From assembly GCF_009914755.1 (NCBI RefSeq), contig NC_060933.1: a stretch of 64,000 nt of DNA; one strand, written 5' to 3'. The notes below the pieces were generated by a model that was not told where the DNA came from, ran no database searches, and worked only from the letters and a program-made list of their open reading frames with translations. This stretch comes from the human T2T-CHM13v2.0 reference genome, Homo sapiens. Below, one piece after another: positions 1-17,485 of this stretch; the first letter of the stretch is position 1; every line of letters begins with the position of its first letter. The translations under genes and the position numbers were made by a program.

Positions 1-427
1 TTGTATAGATAGATTAAAAGTTAAAATATGAGAAAATACATAGCATGGCAACTCAAAGCTAGACCGACTATATTAACATTAGACAAAGTAGACTTCAGAA
101 CAAGAACTATTACCAGGAGTAAAGAGCCACATTATATAATGATAAGCGGGTTGATTCCCAAAGGTAGCATCACAATCCAAAGGTATATGCACATAATAAC
201 AGATGCTAAAGCATAAACTAGTATTACTAAAAGTCAAATCCACAAGTATACTGGAAGATTTAAACACTCCTCTCTCTGTAATCAATAGAACAAGTATATA
301 GAAAATCAGTAAGGATACAGAAGACCTGAATGACACTATCAACCCATTTGACCTAACTGCCTAATTTAAAGAGCACTCCATCCAACAAAATTATTTTCAA
401 GTGCACGTGGAATATTCACAAAAATAA
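1..427 (+). mobile_element. Old L1 (L1M-type) ORF2 endonuclease-region fragment
   Basis: ORF 28..216 (ILTLDKVDFRTRTITRSKEPHYIMISG) resembles degenerate L1 ORF2 EN; A-rich + strand. Confidence 0.75.
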
Positions 428-1212
428 ACCATATTTCTAGGTGATAAATAGAGAAATGCAAATCAAAACCACCGTGAAATACCATCTCACGCCAGTTAGA
501 CTGGTGATCTTTAAAAAGTCTGGAAACAACAGATGCTGGCGAGGATGTGGATAAATAGGAATGCTTTTACACTGTTGGTGGGAGTGTAAATTAGTTCAGC
601 CACTGTGGAAGACAGTGTGCTGATTCCTCAAGGATGTAGAACCAGAAATGCCCGTTTGACCCAGCAATCCCATTGCTGGGTATATATCCAAAGGATTATA
701 AATCATTCTACTATAAAGACACATGCAGATGTATGTTCACTGCAGCACTATTTACAATAGCAAAGACTTGGAACCAACCCAAATGCCCATCAGTGATAGA
801 CTGGATAAAGAAAATGTGGCACATATACACCATGGAATACTATGAAGCCATAAAAAAGAATGAGTTCGTGTCCTTTGCAGGGACATGGATGAAGCTGGAA
901 ACCATCATCCTCAGCAAACTAACACAGGAACAGAAAACCAAACACCGCATGTTCTCACTCATAAGTGGGAGCTGAACAATGAGAACACATGGACACAAGG
1001 AGGGGAACATTACACACCAGGGCCTCTCGGGGGTAGGGGGAAAGGGGTGGGAGAGCATTAGGACAAATACCTAATGCATGCGGAGCTTAAAACCTAGATG
1101 ATGGGTTGATAGGTGCAGCAAACCTTCATGGCACATGTATACCTACGTAACAAACCTGCATGTTCAGCACATGTATCCCAGTACTTAGAGTAAAAAAAAA
1201 GAAAGAAAGAAA
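428..1212 (+). mobile_element. 5'-truncated L1PA element: ORF2 C-terminus, 3' UTR, poly(A)
   Basis: ORF 673..975 is the L1 ORF2 C-terminus (WNQPKCPS..WIKKMWHIYTMEYY..MKLETIILSKL..HRMFSLISGS). G-rich 3' UTR tract near 1030-1055; A tail from 1192. Confidence 0.9.
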
Positions 1213-1279
1213 TCATAAGCCAGTTATGGTTAAAAATAATAATAACCACATGAAAAATAAAATTTATATAATTATATTA

Positions 1280-4398
<3,119 letters not shown>

Positions 4399-4618
4399 AT
4401 AGTTCACTGCAGCCTCGAACTCCTGAGCTCAAACAATCCTCCACCTCAGCCTCCTGAGTAGCTAGGCATGTGCCACTAGTCCTGGCTAATTTTTCTTTTT
4501 TATCTTTTATTGTAGAGACAGGGGTCTTGCTATGTTGACCAGTCTGGTCTCAAACTCTTGGCCTCAAATGATCCTCTGAAGGCACTGGGATTATAGGTGT
4601 GAGTCACCGCATCCAGCC
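4399..4618 (-). mobile_element. Alu (AluJ-like, partial)
   Basis: Reverse Alu motifs (CACTGCAGCCTCGAACTCCTG, GGGATTATAGGTGTGAG). Confidence 0.85.
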
Positions 4619-4843
4619 TTATACTCAGGATTTTTAAGTGCCAATCCTAATAACAAAGAAGCCCAGGGCTTGTGTTTCTTTGGTAGGACAGGTATTAAGG
4701 GATTGTTGCAGTGAAGATACAAGCTCTGATTAGATGTCAACACCATTTTAGTATTGTTTACTGCACCAGGAGATTCCAATTTAGTCCCAGATTCTTCATC
4801 TACAGTTTGGTGACTCTATTTCAACCCTATTAAGATCCCTTTA

Positions 4844-5352
4844 GGCTAGGTGTGGCGGTTCACACCTGTAATCTCGGTGCTTTGAGAGGCCAAGGTGGGA
4901 AGATCAGTTGAGGCCAGGAGTTTGAGATCAGCCTGGGCAACAGTGAGACCCCCATCTCTACAAAAAATATATATATGTTTTTTTAAATAGCCAGGTATGA
5001 TGTCTACTCAAGAGCCTGAGGCGAGAGGATAACTTGAGCCTGGGAGGTCAAGGCTGCAGTGAGCTGTGATTGCGCCTCTCCACTCCAGCCTGGACAACAG
5101 AGCAAGACCCTGTCTCTTAAAACAAACAAACAACGACAACAACAAAAACCCTTTGGTTGTAAGCAATGGAAACCCACAGGCTGGCTGAAGCATTCAAAGG
5201 GATAGAAGAGATGGGCACGGTGTCTCACATCTGTAATCCCAACACTTAGGGAGGCAGAGGCAGGAGGATAGCATGAGCCCAGGAGTTTGAGACCTGCCTG
5301 GGCAACATAGCAAGACTCTTTTCTCAAAAAACAAACAAACACACACACACAC
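4844..5352 (+). mobile_element. AluJ-like element (4844-~5148) plus Alu monomer (~5210-5340) ending in (CA)n
   Basis: Alu left and right arm motifs with A-rich and microsatellite tails. Confidence 0.85.
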
Positions 5353-6247
5353 ACAAAGGATGGAAGGATCAGAAGAACCAAGACGTAGGAAGAGCAGGGA
5401 CCCACAGCAGCAGTGGGTAGGTCTTTACTTCAGGACACACTGTCACTAATGTACGTACCACAATTCTCAGGCTCTTTGCTTCTGTGTTTGGAGTTTCAAG
5501 TTCCTGAGTGAGTATAATTGCACCAACTTTGGTTGGGTGTCTACCTCTGGATCAATTAGCGGCAGCCAAGGGATGAATGCCCTAAATCTGAGAAGGCCAC
5601 TGGGGCTTTGTCCTTGTGCACTGAAGCCATTCACAACAAAGGGGGAATTGTGTGCTAGGCAGTGGCCCCAAGAGATGTGTATTGCAAGCAAAAAGGTTGC
5701 ACAGATTCTCTTCTACATGAGCTCACCATCAGAATATGAGGACAACAGAGAGTTTGGTGGCATTCTGATTTCCCCCCACAGTCTCTTTAATATCCCAACA
5801 GGTTTTTGTCTAAGGCCTAAGAGAAATTAGTCTCATCTTCATGTTTATACTTTTACAATCTGTTTACAGACAAAAGAGCATACACACTCTCATTCAGTCC
5901 TTTATCTAAAAGATAATACTCTAAATGCTTAGGATGGTCCTTAAGATGTTACTACTCTGCTCAAAAACTTATAAGGAAAAAAACACATATAGTGCATTGC
6001 ACTCCAGCCTGCATGACAGAGCAAGACCCTGTCTCAAAAAGCAAAAACAAAAACTTATAGAGGCTCTCTATTATCTACCATATTAAAACATCTAAGAATT
6101 TAGTTACTTATCAAATAGCCTTCCCTTCCTTTCCCAACTCCTTTTTTATTACATATTAGTTGAGCATACAATATTCTCTTTAAGTATTATTTTTTAACAT
6201 AATTTTACACGACAGCACAGCTTCGCTGCTGGAGGTGAAAGATTGTT

Positions 6248-6355
6248 TCTTGCTATGTTGCCCAGGCTGGTCTCAAACTCCTGGGCTCAAGTGACCCTCT
6301 CACCTCGCTCTCATAAAGTGCAAGGATTACAGGTGTGAGCCACCATACCCAGCCA
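6248..6355 (-). mobile_element. Alu left monomer/FLAM fragment
   Basis: TGTTGCCCAGGCTGGTCTCAAACTCCTGGGCTCAAG..GATTACAGGTGTGAGCCACC. Confidence 0.85.
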
Positions 6356-6555
6356 GAACAATATTCTCTACTTTCTAGACATTAACATGGTGGTAACCGT
6401 ATTTGTCAATCTTATAAGCCCAAAAACTTATGGTCATAAATATCTGAACTCAGACCACCTCAGAATATTTTTGGCATATGTTTGCCATAGCCAAGAATAT
6501 GCAAAAAAAAAAAAAAAGAAAGTTGAAAACAGTCCCTACCTTGTAAAGACAGTTA

Positions 6556-6906
<351 letters not shown>

Positions 6907-7355
6907 TCAGAGTCCCAGCTGCCCCCAGACCAACCTTATTCAATCCCACCTTGCTTTTTCTTTTGCTATTCCTTTGACCTTGAAAATCTTATCTTGTGCA
7001 TAATTCTGTGTCCTCCACTTGCATAAACTACCTCCAAAAAGTTTGCACTTTCTAACCTCTCCATTCTCTGAACAATAACGTAGTAAAAGCTGTCTCTCCT
7101 CAACATGAGAAAAACTGCATGTAATTAAAAAATGAAATTGATAAATTTTGATATGACTTTTAATGTTTTAATACCAACAATAATTTAAATGGTCATTATG
7201 CATTCCTTAACCCAAGTACCTCCCTTCATAAAGTAATCTGTCTCTCCCACCTTGGAACTTCCATTGTATTTCATTCCTCTATTGCGCACACTGATTTTCT
7301 CTTTTGTATTATGATTATGGTTCTCTGTCAATGCTTGTCCTCTATGAGATTATAG

Positions 7356-7734
<379 letters not shown>

Positions 7735-8089
7735 ACAATATAAATTTTTTTGAATGAAGGAAGGAATTAACCGACAGAGATTTATATGATGATGTTACAA
7801 CCTCCTTTTCCATATAAGCCCATCAGACAGCCTAGAAATAAAACACTTACTAAAAACAGTTCAGAGAAGTCTATCTGTGAAACTGTCGGTATGATGTAAT
7901 TCTAAAGAAAGTTAGGGGGGGACCCCCAGACTATATGGAAGGCTCAGTCTGCTTTTTAGTGCTAGTTTCACAACAAGCAAAATAACCATAGTGTCTCTTG
8001 AGAAATAAGCACTAATTTTAGAACTAATAAGTACTAATTTTAGAACTCCATATATTAATGGTTTATAGCCTCTCCTTTCTCAGTGGCAG

Positions 8090-8330
8090 GACTGAGAAAT
8101 AGGAGCTTGCGGTATGAAATCAGAATACCTGAATTTCAGTCTCACCTCCATCACATATTAGCCATGTGACCTTGGGCGAGTTGTTTAACCTCTCTTTGCC
8201 TCAGTTTCATCACTGGCAAAATGTCGAAACTAACAGTAGACTCCCTCAAAGGGATGGTGTGAAAATTAATGACAACATATTTAAACCATTTAGAATAGTA
8301 CCTGGCACTTCGTGTTTTAAAGTGATAGAA
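8090..8330 (+). mobile_element. MIR
   Basis: MIR core TGTGACCTTGGGCGAGTTGTTTAACCTCTCTTTGCCTCAGTTTC. Confidence 0.75.
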
Positions 8331-9379
8331 ATATACCATACTTGCCTTATATCCTCTATTGGTAAATTCCATGTTAAGGGCAAAATTTCTTTTTTATATC
8401 CCACCAGGGTACCTAGCACAGTATGTAACAAATACTAGACGCTCAAAAAAATGACATGCATTATATTTGAGGTAAATAAATTGAATGCACAAGAAAATAA
8501 AGGTATTTTAAAAATGTAAGTGCAATTAATATAAATTAAAGGGCTCTCGACATATCATTTGCATATCTTCAATTTTTCCTTATAATTAGTTGCTGGCTAT
8601 CTTACGATTTTATCTTTTTCTTGCCCTCTTCAAAGCATGTAGTTTGGTGTAATGCACATTATAGCCCTCAGAATTGCTGGCCTTCTGACAAGCTAGCTGT
8701 TTGGATATTGTGAGGGATGAGGTTGCTGCAGCAAAAAGTGGGTTACACGACAGCACAGCCTCGCTGCTGGAGATGAAAAACCAATAATCCCAGAAAACAG
8801 CGCATAGGGTAGGCTGGGCCAGCCGAGGATTATGTGAAGGTTCGTTGGGACCCTCCGGAGGCCAGTGGGGTACTGCAAAGGTGAGTGCCCCAGTGCCAGG
8901 GGTCGTGAGCCCGGAGCCCTGCGGGGGACGGCTGGTAGGCCCTGCTGGATGAGTCATTCTCCCCACCCCGGGCACGTGCTGGTGGCGGCATCCACCCGGA
9001 CCCCGCCTTCCCCCCACCCAACCCCCGGCGCGGAACGCGAGCGGTGAGCGGCCCCAGCGCCCCCAAGGCGCCCCCTCCGGGCCGCCTCCTCCGGGCGGGC
9101 ACTGTCCTTGCCGCAGTCGGCCGCTGGCGCAGTCCCCGCGCCGCAGTGCCGGGCGCTCGTGGGGGGCGCCCACGGGCACCTGGGCCGTCTGCTCATCGGA
9201 GCCGTCCGCCGTCCTCCCGCATTCCCACGGCGCCCCACGCCCGCGCGCCCGTCGCCGGTCACCCGCCGCCCGCGGAGCCGCGAGGGCGTCTCCTGGAGGC
9301 GCAAGAGGACTGGGCGGGGCGGGGCGCGCCCACCGGCCGGCCCAGGGCACCTCGCGCGGGTGCACACGCCGCAGCCCCC

Positions 9380-9408
9380 CGGGGCGGGTGGGTGTGCTCC
9401 GGACGCGC

Positions 9409-9440
<32 letters not shown>

Positions 9441-9584
9441 TCCTCAGCCTGCCGCTCCGCCCGCGCCGCCTGCTGCCGGCGCTCGGCCCAGCACGCCGGC
9501 TCTCGGGCTGCCGTGGGCTGCGCGGGGCCCGCGGTGTGTAGAGTCCGCCGCCCCGGAGCCGCGTCCCGCACCCGGACGGTCCCG
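9380..9584 (+). other. PHF24: PHF24 first exon (5' UTR; start approximate)
   Basis: Ends at donor CCG|GTAAGC (intron starts 9585) inside the CpG island; the next coding exon has an acceptor only 4 nt before the ATG. Confidence 0.75.
9411..9440 (+). repeat. (GCC)10 perfect trinucleotide repeat
   Basis: 30 nt of uninterrupted GCC read directly. Confidence 0.97.
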
Positions 9585-12500
9585 GTAAGCGGGGGCGGGG
9601 GCGGCGGGGACCGGGCCGTCACCTGAGGGGCGGGTCTGCGGCCGCGGACAGTCCTCCGGGACTCTGAGGTGCTTGTGTGGGAGCCGCCTCCAAGGTGGCC
9701 CCCCTGTGTCATTGGATGAACCCCAAGTAGCTGCTGCCTCTACGCCTTGGGGGAGTCCCTGAGGTGCTGTGGGGAGCCGCCCCCATAAAGACCCCCTGTG
9801 GGAATGGACTCCCGCGGCGCTGTCTGCATTTGCTGCCATAGGGAGCCCCAGCGTGGAGGGGACTGGCCCCAGAGAGCCCTTCTGTGTCACTGTGGGAGCA
9901 GGCACAAGGGTGGTCTCTGGAGCTGGCTCAATGGAAGACCACCTGGGAACATAGGGGAGCCGCAGGAACCTCGAGGTGGTGGAGCCCCCAGAGGGCTCCC
10001 TAGAAAAGGAGGACCTGAGACTGTGCCCTAGAACTGTGGGAAGCAACCTCTGACTGGGGAGGGGGATCCTCCCATGGGATCCATGAGTGACTTCCCACGG
10101 CTCCAAGGACTTTGGCCTCCACCGGGATCCCTGTAGGGTTCCATGTGCCCTTACTTGTATCCCCACACCGTGGCCCAGAGGTGGGGGCCTTCTAGGGCTG
10201 CAGCCTCTTTCCATTCCTCCTCTTTCCCCATTCGGATTTTTCTTCTCCATGGTAGCCCAGTTGCTCCACGCTGCATTTTAGTGGAGACAGAAACTGCTGC
10301 GAGAGCACAGGGCCCTAAGCCGAGGATGAGGACCAGTGAGGCCTCTAAAGCAAAGATAGGAGATTTGAGCCCCTAGGTTTGACCGTGCGGAAGGAAGCAG
10401 TAAGATCAGGTGGAATAACTGACTTTGGCAGGTCCTGGAGGGAAAGGCCTTTGAAGGAAGGAATAAAGGATGTATGGGATTGTTGAGCACCAGTACGCTA
10501 GGCAGTATACTAGGTATGTTTAAACATCTCATATAACTCTTACAACAGCTTTGTGAAATTATCCCCTTTTAAACATTGAGACTCAGAGAGGTTTAGCAAT
10601 TTGCCCAAGGTCACAAAGCTGATGAAAAACATAATCATAAAATGTTTTTCAAATTTTATTTGGGAAAAAGTACTAAGGAGCAGCAGAAGAAAGAATAGAT
10701 ATTTGTTAATAAGTTGCATTAAGGTGCCTGCCGAGCATAGGGTTTTGCAGTGGTACAAGCTCAGTAAATGTGATGATTAAATAAGTGGATGAGGACAGTT
10801 TAACTGGCCATGAGATTGCTGCAGGAACTGATTTCCACAGAATCCCCAGATTTCAGGGTGTGGCTTCCTTCACTGGCAGTCCCACTGTCATGATGCCTTG
10901 GGGTGGCTCTGGACCTAATTGAGGCCTCTGGGTGTGGTTTTTGACAGGGCTTTCTCTGGGGATCTAGGGGGACCCTTCTGCGGATGGAGTGTCCCAAGAC
11001 CACCCTACCTGCTACCGAATACTCGAAGGAGAGAAAGGAGAGACAGGATCACTTTTAGGAAGCACGATCCACACTGTCCTTGTGACCCTCTGACTACATG
11101 CACCGGTGGACAATGGTCCACAGATAGCACTCAGGACACTTTTGCCCAAGAGTGCCTCTGCATGAGGAGGAGGAGGACAGGAAAGGTGCAGAGCCAAGGA
11201 AGGCTCACTGGGAGTCTGTTAGGGGGAGCGCAAAGGGTCTGCGCCAGACATAGTGTTGCCTCCTCATCTCGCCCCCTCGTTGTTTTCATTCTAGCTGAAT
11301 CCCAAGAGTTCAACTTTGAGCTCCAAGGATGGATTCTGGTTTCTTGTCCAAAAACGGAGTGGTGAGAGGGCCAAGCAATGATATTCATTAGAGCCATTCT
11401 GGAAGGGTTTTCCTGCTCCCCTTCCCTGCTTTCTTCCACACAGTCAAACCTAGTTAAATCCTCCTTGAACAGAAGTGGCTTCCTTTGGCTCCTGGAATTA
11501 CATAGTGAGGAGAGAGACCAAGCTAGTGGGAAAACAGAACAACATAGTTTACCAGTTGTTAGATTTTTTTTCTTTTAACTCAGTGATGCTACCTTGCGCG
11601 CAACTCAGTGGAGTAAAGCCCGACAAAGGTTTTTGTTGGTTAGGACCTCCCCATTGTAAAGTTGTTTATAATCCCCCTTTCAGTTCAAACCCATCTGATC
11701 AGCTTAACAGATCAGAATAAATAGGTAGGCATATATTTAAAGAAAGTCAGAAGGACCAAACCTGAAGATATGATCTTTGTTCCAGATCATTGATTTGTCA
11801 TTGAGGTTTTATTCCTAAATTGGTCTTTTGTTGAGGGTGCTTATTATCACACCCACTCATGACCCTGGAAAAATCACTAAATGGATCCAGGCTCTCCCCT
11901 AATCTTGGACCTTGGATATCAGCTTCCCCATGTCCAGCATTGGGTAAAATTAAGATTTCAAAAATCCTAAGAATACAGCCTAACTCTCCCTAGTCACAGC
12001 ATGAGTCTGCAAATCAAATCATTCCAGAATGTGCACGAAAGATGTCACCAGGTGGCCTTAACCTTCTCAAAAATGCTCTCTCCAAAGGGAAATAAAAGGG
12101 GAGAGAACGGCTCACCCAGTTTCATTTGAGCTTACCCAAATGTGTCTGGATTTTACTGTCTGGATTTCTCAACCTTTGATCTTTCACATATTCTCCAATC
12201 TTCTAACATTGTCTTCTTCTAACATTTGCCATTCCTTTCCTTCAACATGGATAGTAAGACCTCCCCAGGCCCATTTCCCCGACTCCTTGCAATTTTTTCC
12301 ACTACACCTGTTCCTAAGTGAATCACATTCATGCAAATAGTTTCCCTTCTCTTTAGCTACAGAATCTATTATCTTTTAGTCCCACACGCTTCTCTCCAGC
12401 AGTGCTGCTTGGCTTCTGCTATCTTCATGTCCCAAATTGATTTATTCATTTCTGATGGGAATATCATTATCCACTCCACCCCTCAATCTTAATGACCAAA

Positions 12501-15500
12501 TTCTGACAGGAATTGCTTGCCAGCTTTGGACCAAGAAACCAAGACCATCAGTGTCCAGCTGAAGACATGATTATTTTTTCCATTAGCACATCCCCCTCCA
12601 TTCTCCCCACTCTTCCAGCAATCCCCTCAGAGACTCACTTACATTTACTAAGTGCTGCTTACTTGCCAGGCACTATGCTAGATAAATATGAGAGTTTCTT
12701 GCCCTTGAGGAGTTCACATAGAATCAGTCTGCATTTCTCTAATCATTCACTATAAAGAGTAGGAAAAGTAAGGGGGAAATTATGGCATTACAGAATATCC
12801 ACAGGAACCAATATAGAGTATGCCTTTTCCCAAGCATCACTGAAACTCAGCTGCTGTGCTATGCCTCCTCTGGCAGCCACATTCAGCCCTCCTGCCAGTG
12901 CCCTGCCAAAATTACTTTTGCCCATATACTCTGAGTGTAAACTGACCACATTTTTGCCTTCCTTATGATAGTAATGACAGAACCTTTTATTTAGATAGCA
13001 TGTTACAGTTTATGAAGCCCTTTTAGATATATGTTGGCTGTTTGGTTTTGAGAAATGCTTCATCTTACTGGGGTCCTCTCACTGAAGCAGAGCTGTGTGG
13101 GCTAATTGGCTCTCTCTCTTTTTGTATGTTTGTTTTTTTGAGGCTTAGGAGTCTCCCAGAGGGAAAGCCCCAGTGATTCACTACAGTCACCACCTACGAG
13201 CTCTTAGGTTGCGAAGGAGTTTCCTGTTGGGTCCTAAGGCCAAACAATGCACTCACTGGTCAGCGCTGGAACTTATCAGGGCAGTCCCTCTTCCTGGCCT
13301 CAGCAAATCCAATTCTCTGGGATTTTCTTCCTCCTTGAAACTCAAATACATATTCTAACAAATATTTTAAGCATACTATCTCAAACCAGTTCTTTGGGCT
13401 GATGCTAATTCTTATGTGAAGACACGTTTCCTTGCCTATTTCTATCTAGCCCCCAGGCTGGCTTCATACCATCTAAGTCATGATGGAGTCCCCATATAGC
13501 TCCATGCCTTGGCATGTGCTGTTACCTCTTCCTGGAATGCTTTTTTTTTTTTTCCTTATCCACTGATGTAACTCCTACTCATATTCAAAATTTAGCTCAA
13601 GCAACACCTTTTTTTTTTCAATCCTACACTTATGCCCCCTGCACACGCACATACTCACTGCATTCTCACAGGCTGAATGAGCTTCCATTTGTTCATTCTA
13701 CCATCAGTTATTAAGCACCTGATTTGTGCCTGACGCATAGTAGGCTGTACTCGGCGAAAGTTTGCAGAATCAACAGAGAAGTAAATGGTGATAATTAAGG
13801 TGTAATAATTGCATTACATGGGGCTGAATCTGTGTTTCAGGGAACCAGAGCAGAAAACAGGGAGTGCCTCTCCATCTTGCTGAAAAGCTCTGCTTGCTAA
13901 GTGCAGTCTCACCAGCCAATCACTGATGGTGTGATGTTCCTTAACTGTTGCTCTGCCTCTGTGGGAAGTCAGCACTGTGGCTTTTAATGAAGACTCAGGC
14001 CCTAAGAGGCTAAGCTCATGCCATAATTTTGCTCTCATCTATATTAGAACTTTGTGAGCTTTCAGTAAATATTAAACAGCAGCAGGATGCCTTGTAGTCT
14101 TGAGCTGAGGCCAGAAAGACAGTTTTTCTGTCTAGCCTTTCTGTTCCTTGGAAACCCCAGAAAAGCCCCATGTAGTTGTGACTGTCTCATCCTGAATAAA
14201 CAGGCTGAATGAAGAGAGGTGGGGAGGTACCAGGTAGACCTTTCAGGGTCTACAAACATGAATACTAAAATTAGTTTCTAGGCTACTGCCAGGTGACAAA
14301 ATGTCTGAGTAGGAACAGGCTCCAAGAGCACTGTAGTGAGGCACTGGAATTTCCTAAAGCAACAGCCAGTCACTGGAGAACAATCGGACCCCTCGGGGCT
14401 TGGATTTCCTCAAAGACCCGCACGAGAACTCTTTTTGATGGTTTTTTTTTTTTTTTTTGCTTAAAATCTTGAGGTTGATGCTGATGTTCACAGTAAGCTC
14501 AGAGTCTGTGCTATGCATTCAGCGTTTGTTTTGTTTTTTTACAGACCCTGGTTGTGTTGATTTTCCACACTCTTGCAGCTGGTCACCTTCTGTGTTAGGC
14601 ATATGGCTTTTCCTAAGGCTCTCAGCCCTTTGGGCACATGCTTCCAGGAGCCAATTGTTGACCACCTTGAAATTTTTCACTTGTATGTGCAGATACTGCT
14701 CGTGCTAAATTTCAAACCCAGGACAAAGGAAGTGCATTTTCACACTTTCTACTTGTGTCCTTAAGGCAACTGCCCTCCTGTGGGCCTCACCATAGTCCAC
14801 AGGACACAGCATAAATGCAGGGGACTGTTGACTTTGGTAATACTGGCTTCTCTTTTCTTACCATTGTGATTGTAGAAACCGGCTAAATTGCAGAATTTCT
14901 TAACTCTCCTCTGTAGTCAGAGAGAAATCATCCTCGTGTTCTCATCCCTGCTAGCCCTGACTCACTGTCCAGGTGCCACCTCTTGGGAAGTAGAGTAGAT
15001 GTGATGATGTGAGCTGGTGACTGCATAGTTTCTAGAATTGAGTTTTGGAGATTTGGTCTCATTAGTCTCTGGCCAATTTGATAAAGAGAAAAGACACTAT
15101 GATCTTAAATAAATTGTTTATGTTGCCCAGTCATCTCTGCATCATTCATTCAACAAAGATTTAAGAGGCTAAAACCCTTAATGCTTAATGGAGATGATCA
15201 AACCTGTATACAAAAGACACTTTAATTCACATGCTCTGTGGAAGTCAGTAAGAACCATCTCTACTTTTCTCCCTCCTGATCTCAGTGAAACACAGATTCC
15301 TTTACTCCACTTGCTCAACCTATTCTCTTTGGTTGTCTTTCCCTTTCCCCTCACTCAGAGGTTTTCTTTGCCTTGTTCCTTCCTAGGGAAGCCCTAACCT
15401 CCAGGCAGCCACTTTTACTTGCTTGTGAGCCTTTTAAATAGCCTCCATCCCCATACCAAGAATCAGATTGAACCAGCTACTCGGGAGGCTGAGGCAGGAG

Positions 15501-17485
15501 AATCACTTGAGCCCAGGAGTTTGAGGCCAGCCTGGGTAACATAGTGAGACCCTAGAACCACCCTCCATCTGAAAACATAAATTTTAAGAAGAGAAAATCA
15601 GTAAATGTACTTTACATTTAACAGGCTGCATGAGGAAACTCCTGCCTATTAGGAGTGTTGCCCTTCAGGCTCTCCACAGCTCTGAATCTTTATACAGAGT
15701 GCTGGGAAATAGAGGCTCTCCAGCTTCCTTCCCCTTCCTTATTTCTCTATCAGCTCCTGCTCCAGAGCAGCCCCTCCTCCTCTTACTCCCACCACTTTGC
15801 CCTTATTAATAATCCCGCTGAATTCTAAGCAGGTGCTCTGCAGAAAATGGGTGTGTCTTGCAAACATTACAAGCTGCCCACATATGTCTTACTGCCTGAC
15901 AAACACATCTAGACATGCTTCTCTTACCCAAGACAGATTCTACTTGTTGCTGTTTTCATTTCTTCCAGTTCATGAAGTCAGACGGCCCTATTCCACCTTC
16001 TTGTCCCGCTGTTATATACCATCACCTGCTCCTCTCCCCTGAGTTTTTTTCCAGGCCTTCCCTAGATACCACAAATTCCCTGACAGCCACATAATTCTTG
16101 GGACAATATCTTTTTGGCCTCTTTTCGTCATTTTTAGGGAGGCAGAAACCCCCAGTCCCACCCACCAGCGAAAGAAGTAATCATTAGGTATAATTTGTGG
16201 GATCTTTGCAACTTGATTTCCTTTTAACTCTCTCTTTTTCCTAGGACTTATTCCAGCACAGGAGAGGCCAGGTTTTTATCCACAAGCATTTGTTTTTACC
16301 TGGCACCAATCACTACCACTTGTTTCTCTAAAAATTTGAGCTGATTTTGTTAAGTTCTCAAACATCCCAGGTGCACTTTTTGGATATTTCAGCACACACA
16401 CTTTTAATCAAAGTGTCTTTTGTATACAGTTTTGATCCTCTCCATTAAGTATTAAGAGTTTTAGACTCGCTTTTAAAGCTGAATTCTGTTGTGTCTTCAC
16501 AGTTTACTGTCAAAGTCAAAGTCATGTCAATTCAAAATGACTTGATGGTCTTGTTTGGATTTTGATGGTTTACTGTGAATAGTTCTACTTTGCATTTCTG
16601 CCCTTACAGGCATAAAATGGTCTACAAGATTGAACCATCTCAGCTAAAAGGAATAGCAGTGCTCCAAGAGCCTGTGCTTAGGACTGGAAAGCGTTTGTTT
16701 TTATGTTTGTTTTGCTAGTAGATGTCAGCTTCAGTCTTCATAGAAATTGCTTTAAGGATAAACTCCCAAAACCATTGCAATGACATAGTTGACCATGGAG
16801 ATAGCTTCATAGCTATTCTTGGTATCCTTATAAAGAATAATGGTATCCTTAGAGTTAATAATGGGTTATAGCGGATCTACAGTGTGTTGGGAGGTGTCTG
16901 TGATTAATTTGATGATTCTCTGTTAATGAGTAAGTTCATTTATAGAGTAACTTCCTAACTGGCTGGTCTTTGTTCAATAACTTTTATTAAAGCATCTGAA
17001 AAAGCCAAAAACAAAGGCATACCATTGGTTTTCCTCTAATGAATCGTTCTTGAAAATGTGAATTTAGTATTTTTTTTCCAGATCTCCAAATAAGTGTTTC
17101 TCAACTATTTTTTTCCAGTGTTTATCAGACCTTCTGATAAACATAAAAGTCTCTTGACTGTTCCCTAAAACTTGTGATATAACTCCTGGGAGGAGGCTGC
17201 CTCCAACTATTTGGAGAGTTAGTACCTTCCGTATAGCCCTAAGAACAAAGAAGATACTGTCAAACTCACTGTTTTGTAGTCTATGTCACACACACAAAAA
17301 AAGCAGAGATGGTTTTTAATACTTGTTTTCCAAATATAAATACATAATTGATAAGCTCTTGAAACTCACTTATTTCTCCCCTCCTCCCGGAGTTTCTGAT
17401 ATATACCTCCCACCTGCCACAGGATCCAGCCAATTCACCACTTGAGAATCATTGCTCTGGTTGTTGTGTTTAAAAAATTAAATCA

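Larger units (their letters stand above)
8850..9830. promoter_or_regulatory. PHF24: CpG island / PHF24 promoter
   Basis: Very high GC and CpG density; tandem GC boxes (GGGCGGGGCGGGGCG ~9312-9326). Confidence 0.9.

Noticed and set aside
8610-10250. Long overlapping ORFs (165-268 aa) on both strands
   Set aside because: Stop-poor CpG island; Ala/Arg/Pro/Gly-biased products with no recognisable domain. Only the frame that splices into PHF24 was kept.
11580-11716. GTGATG...CTGA with palindrome TTGCGCGCAA as a possible C/D snoRNA
   Set aside because: No full RTGATGA C box and no terminal stem in the right position.
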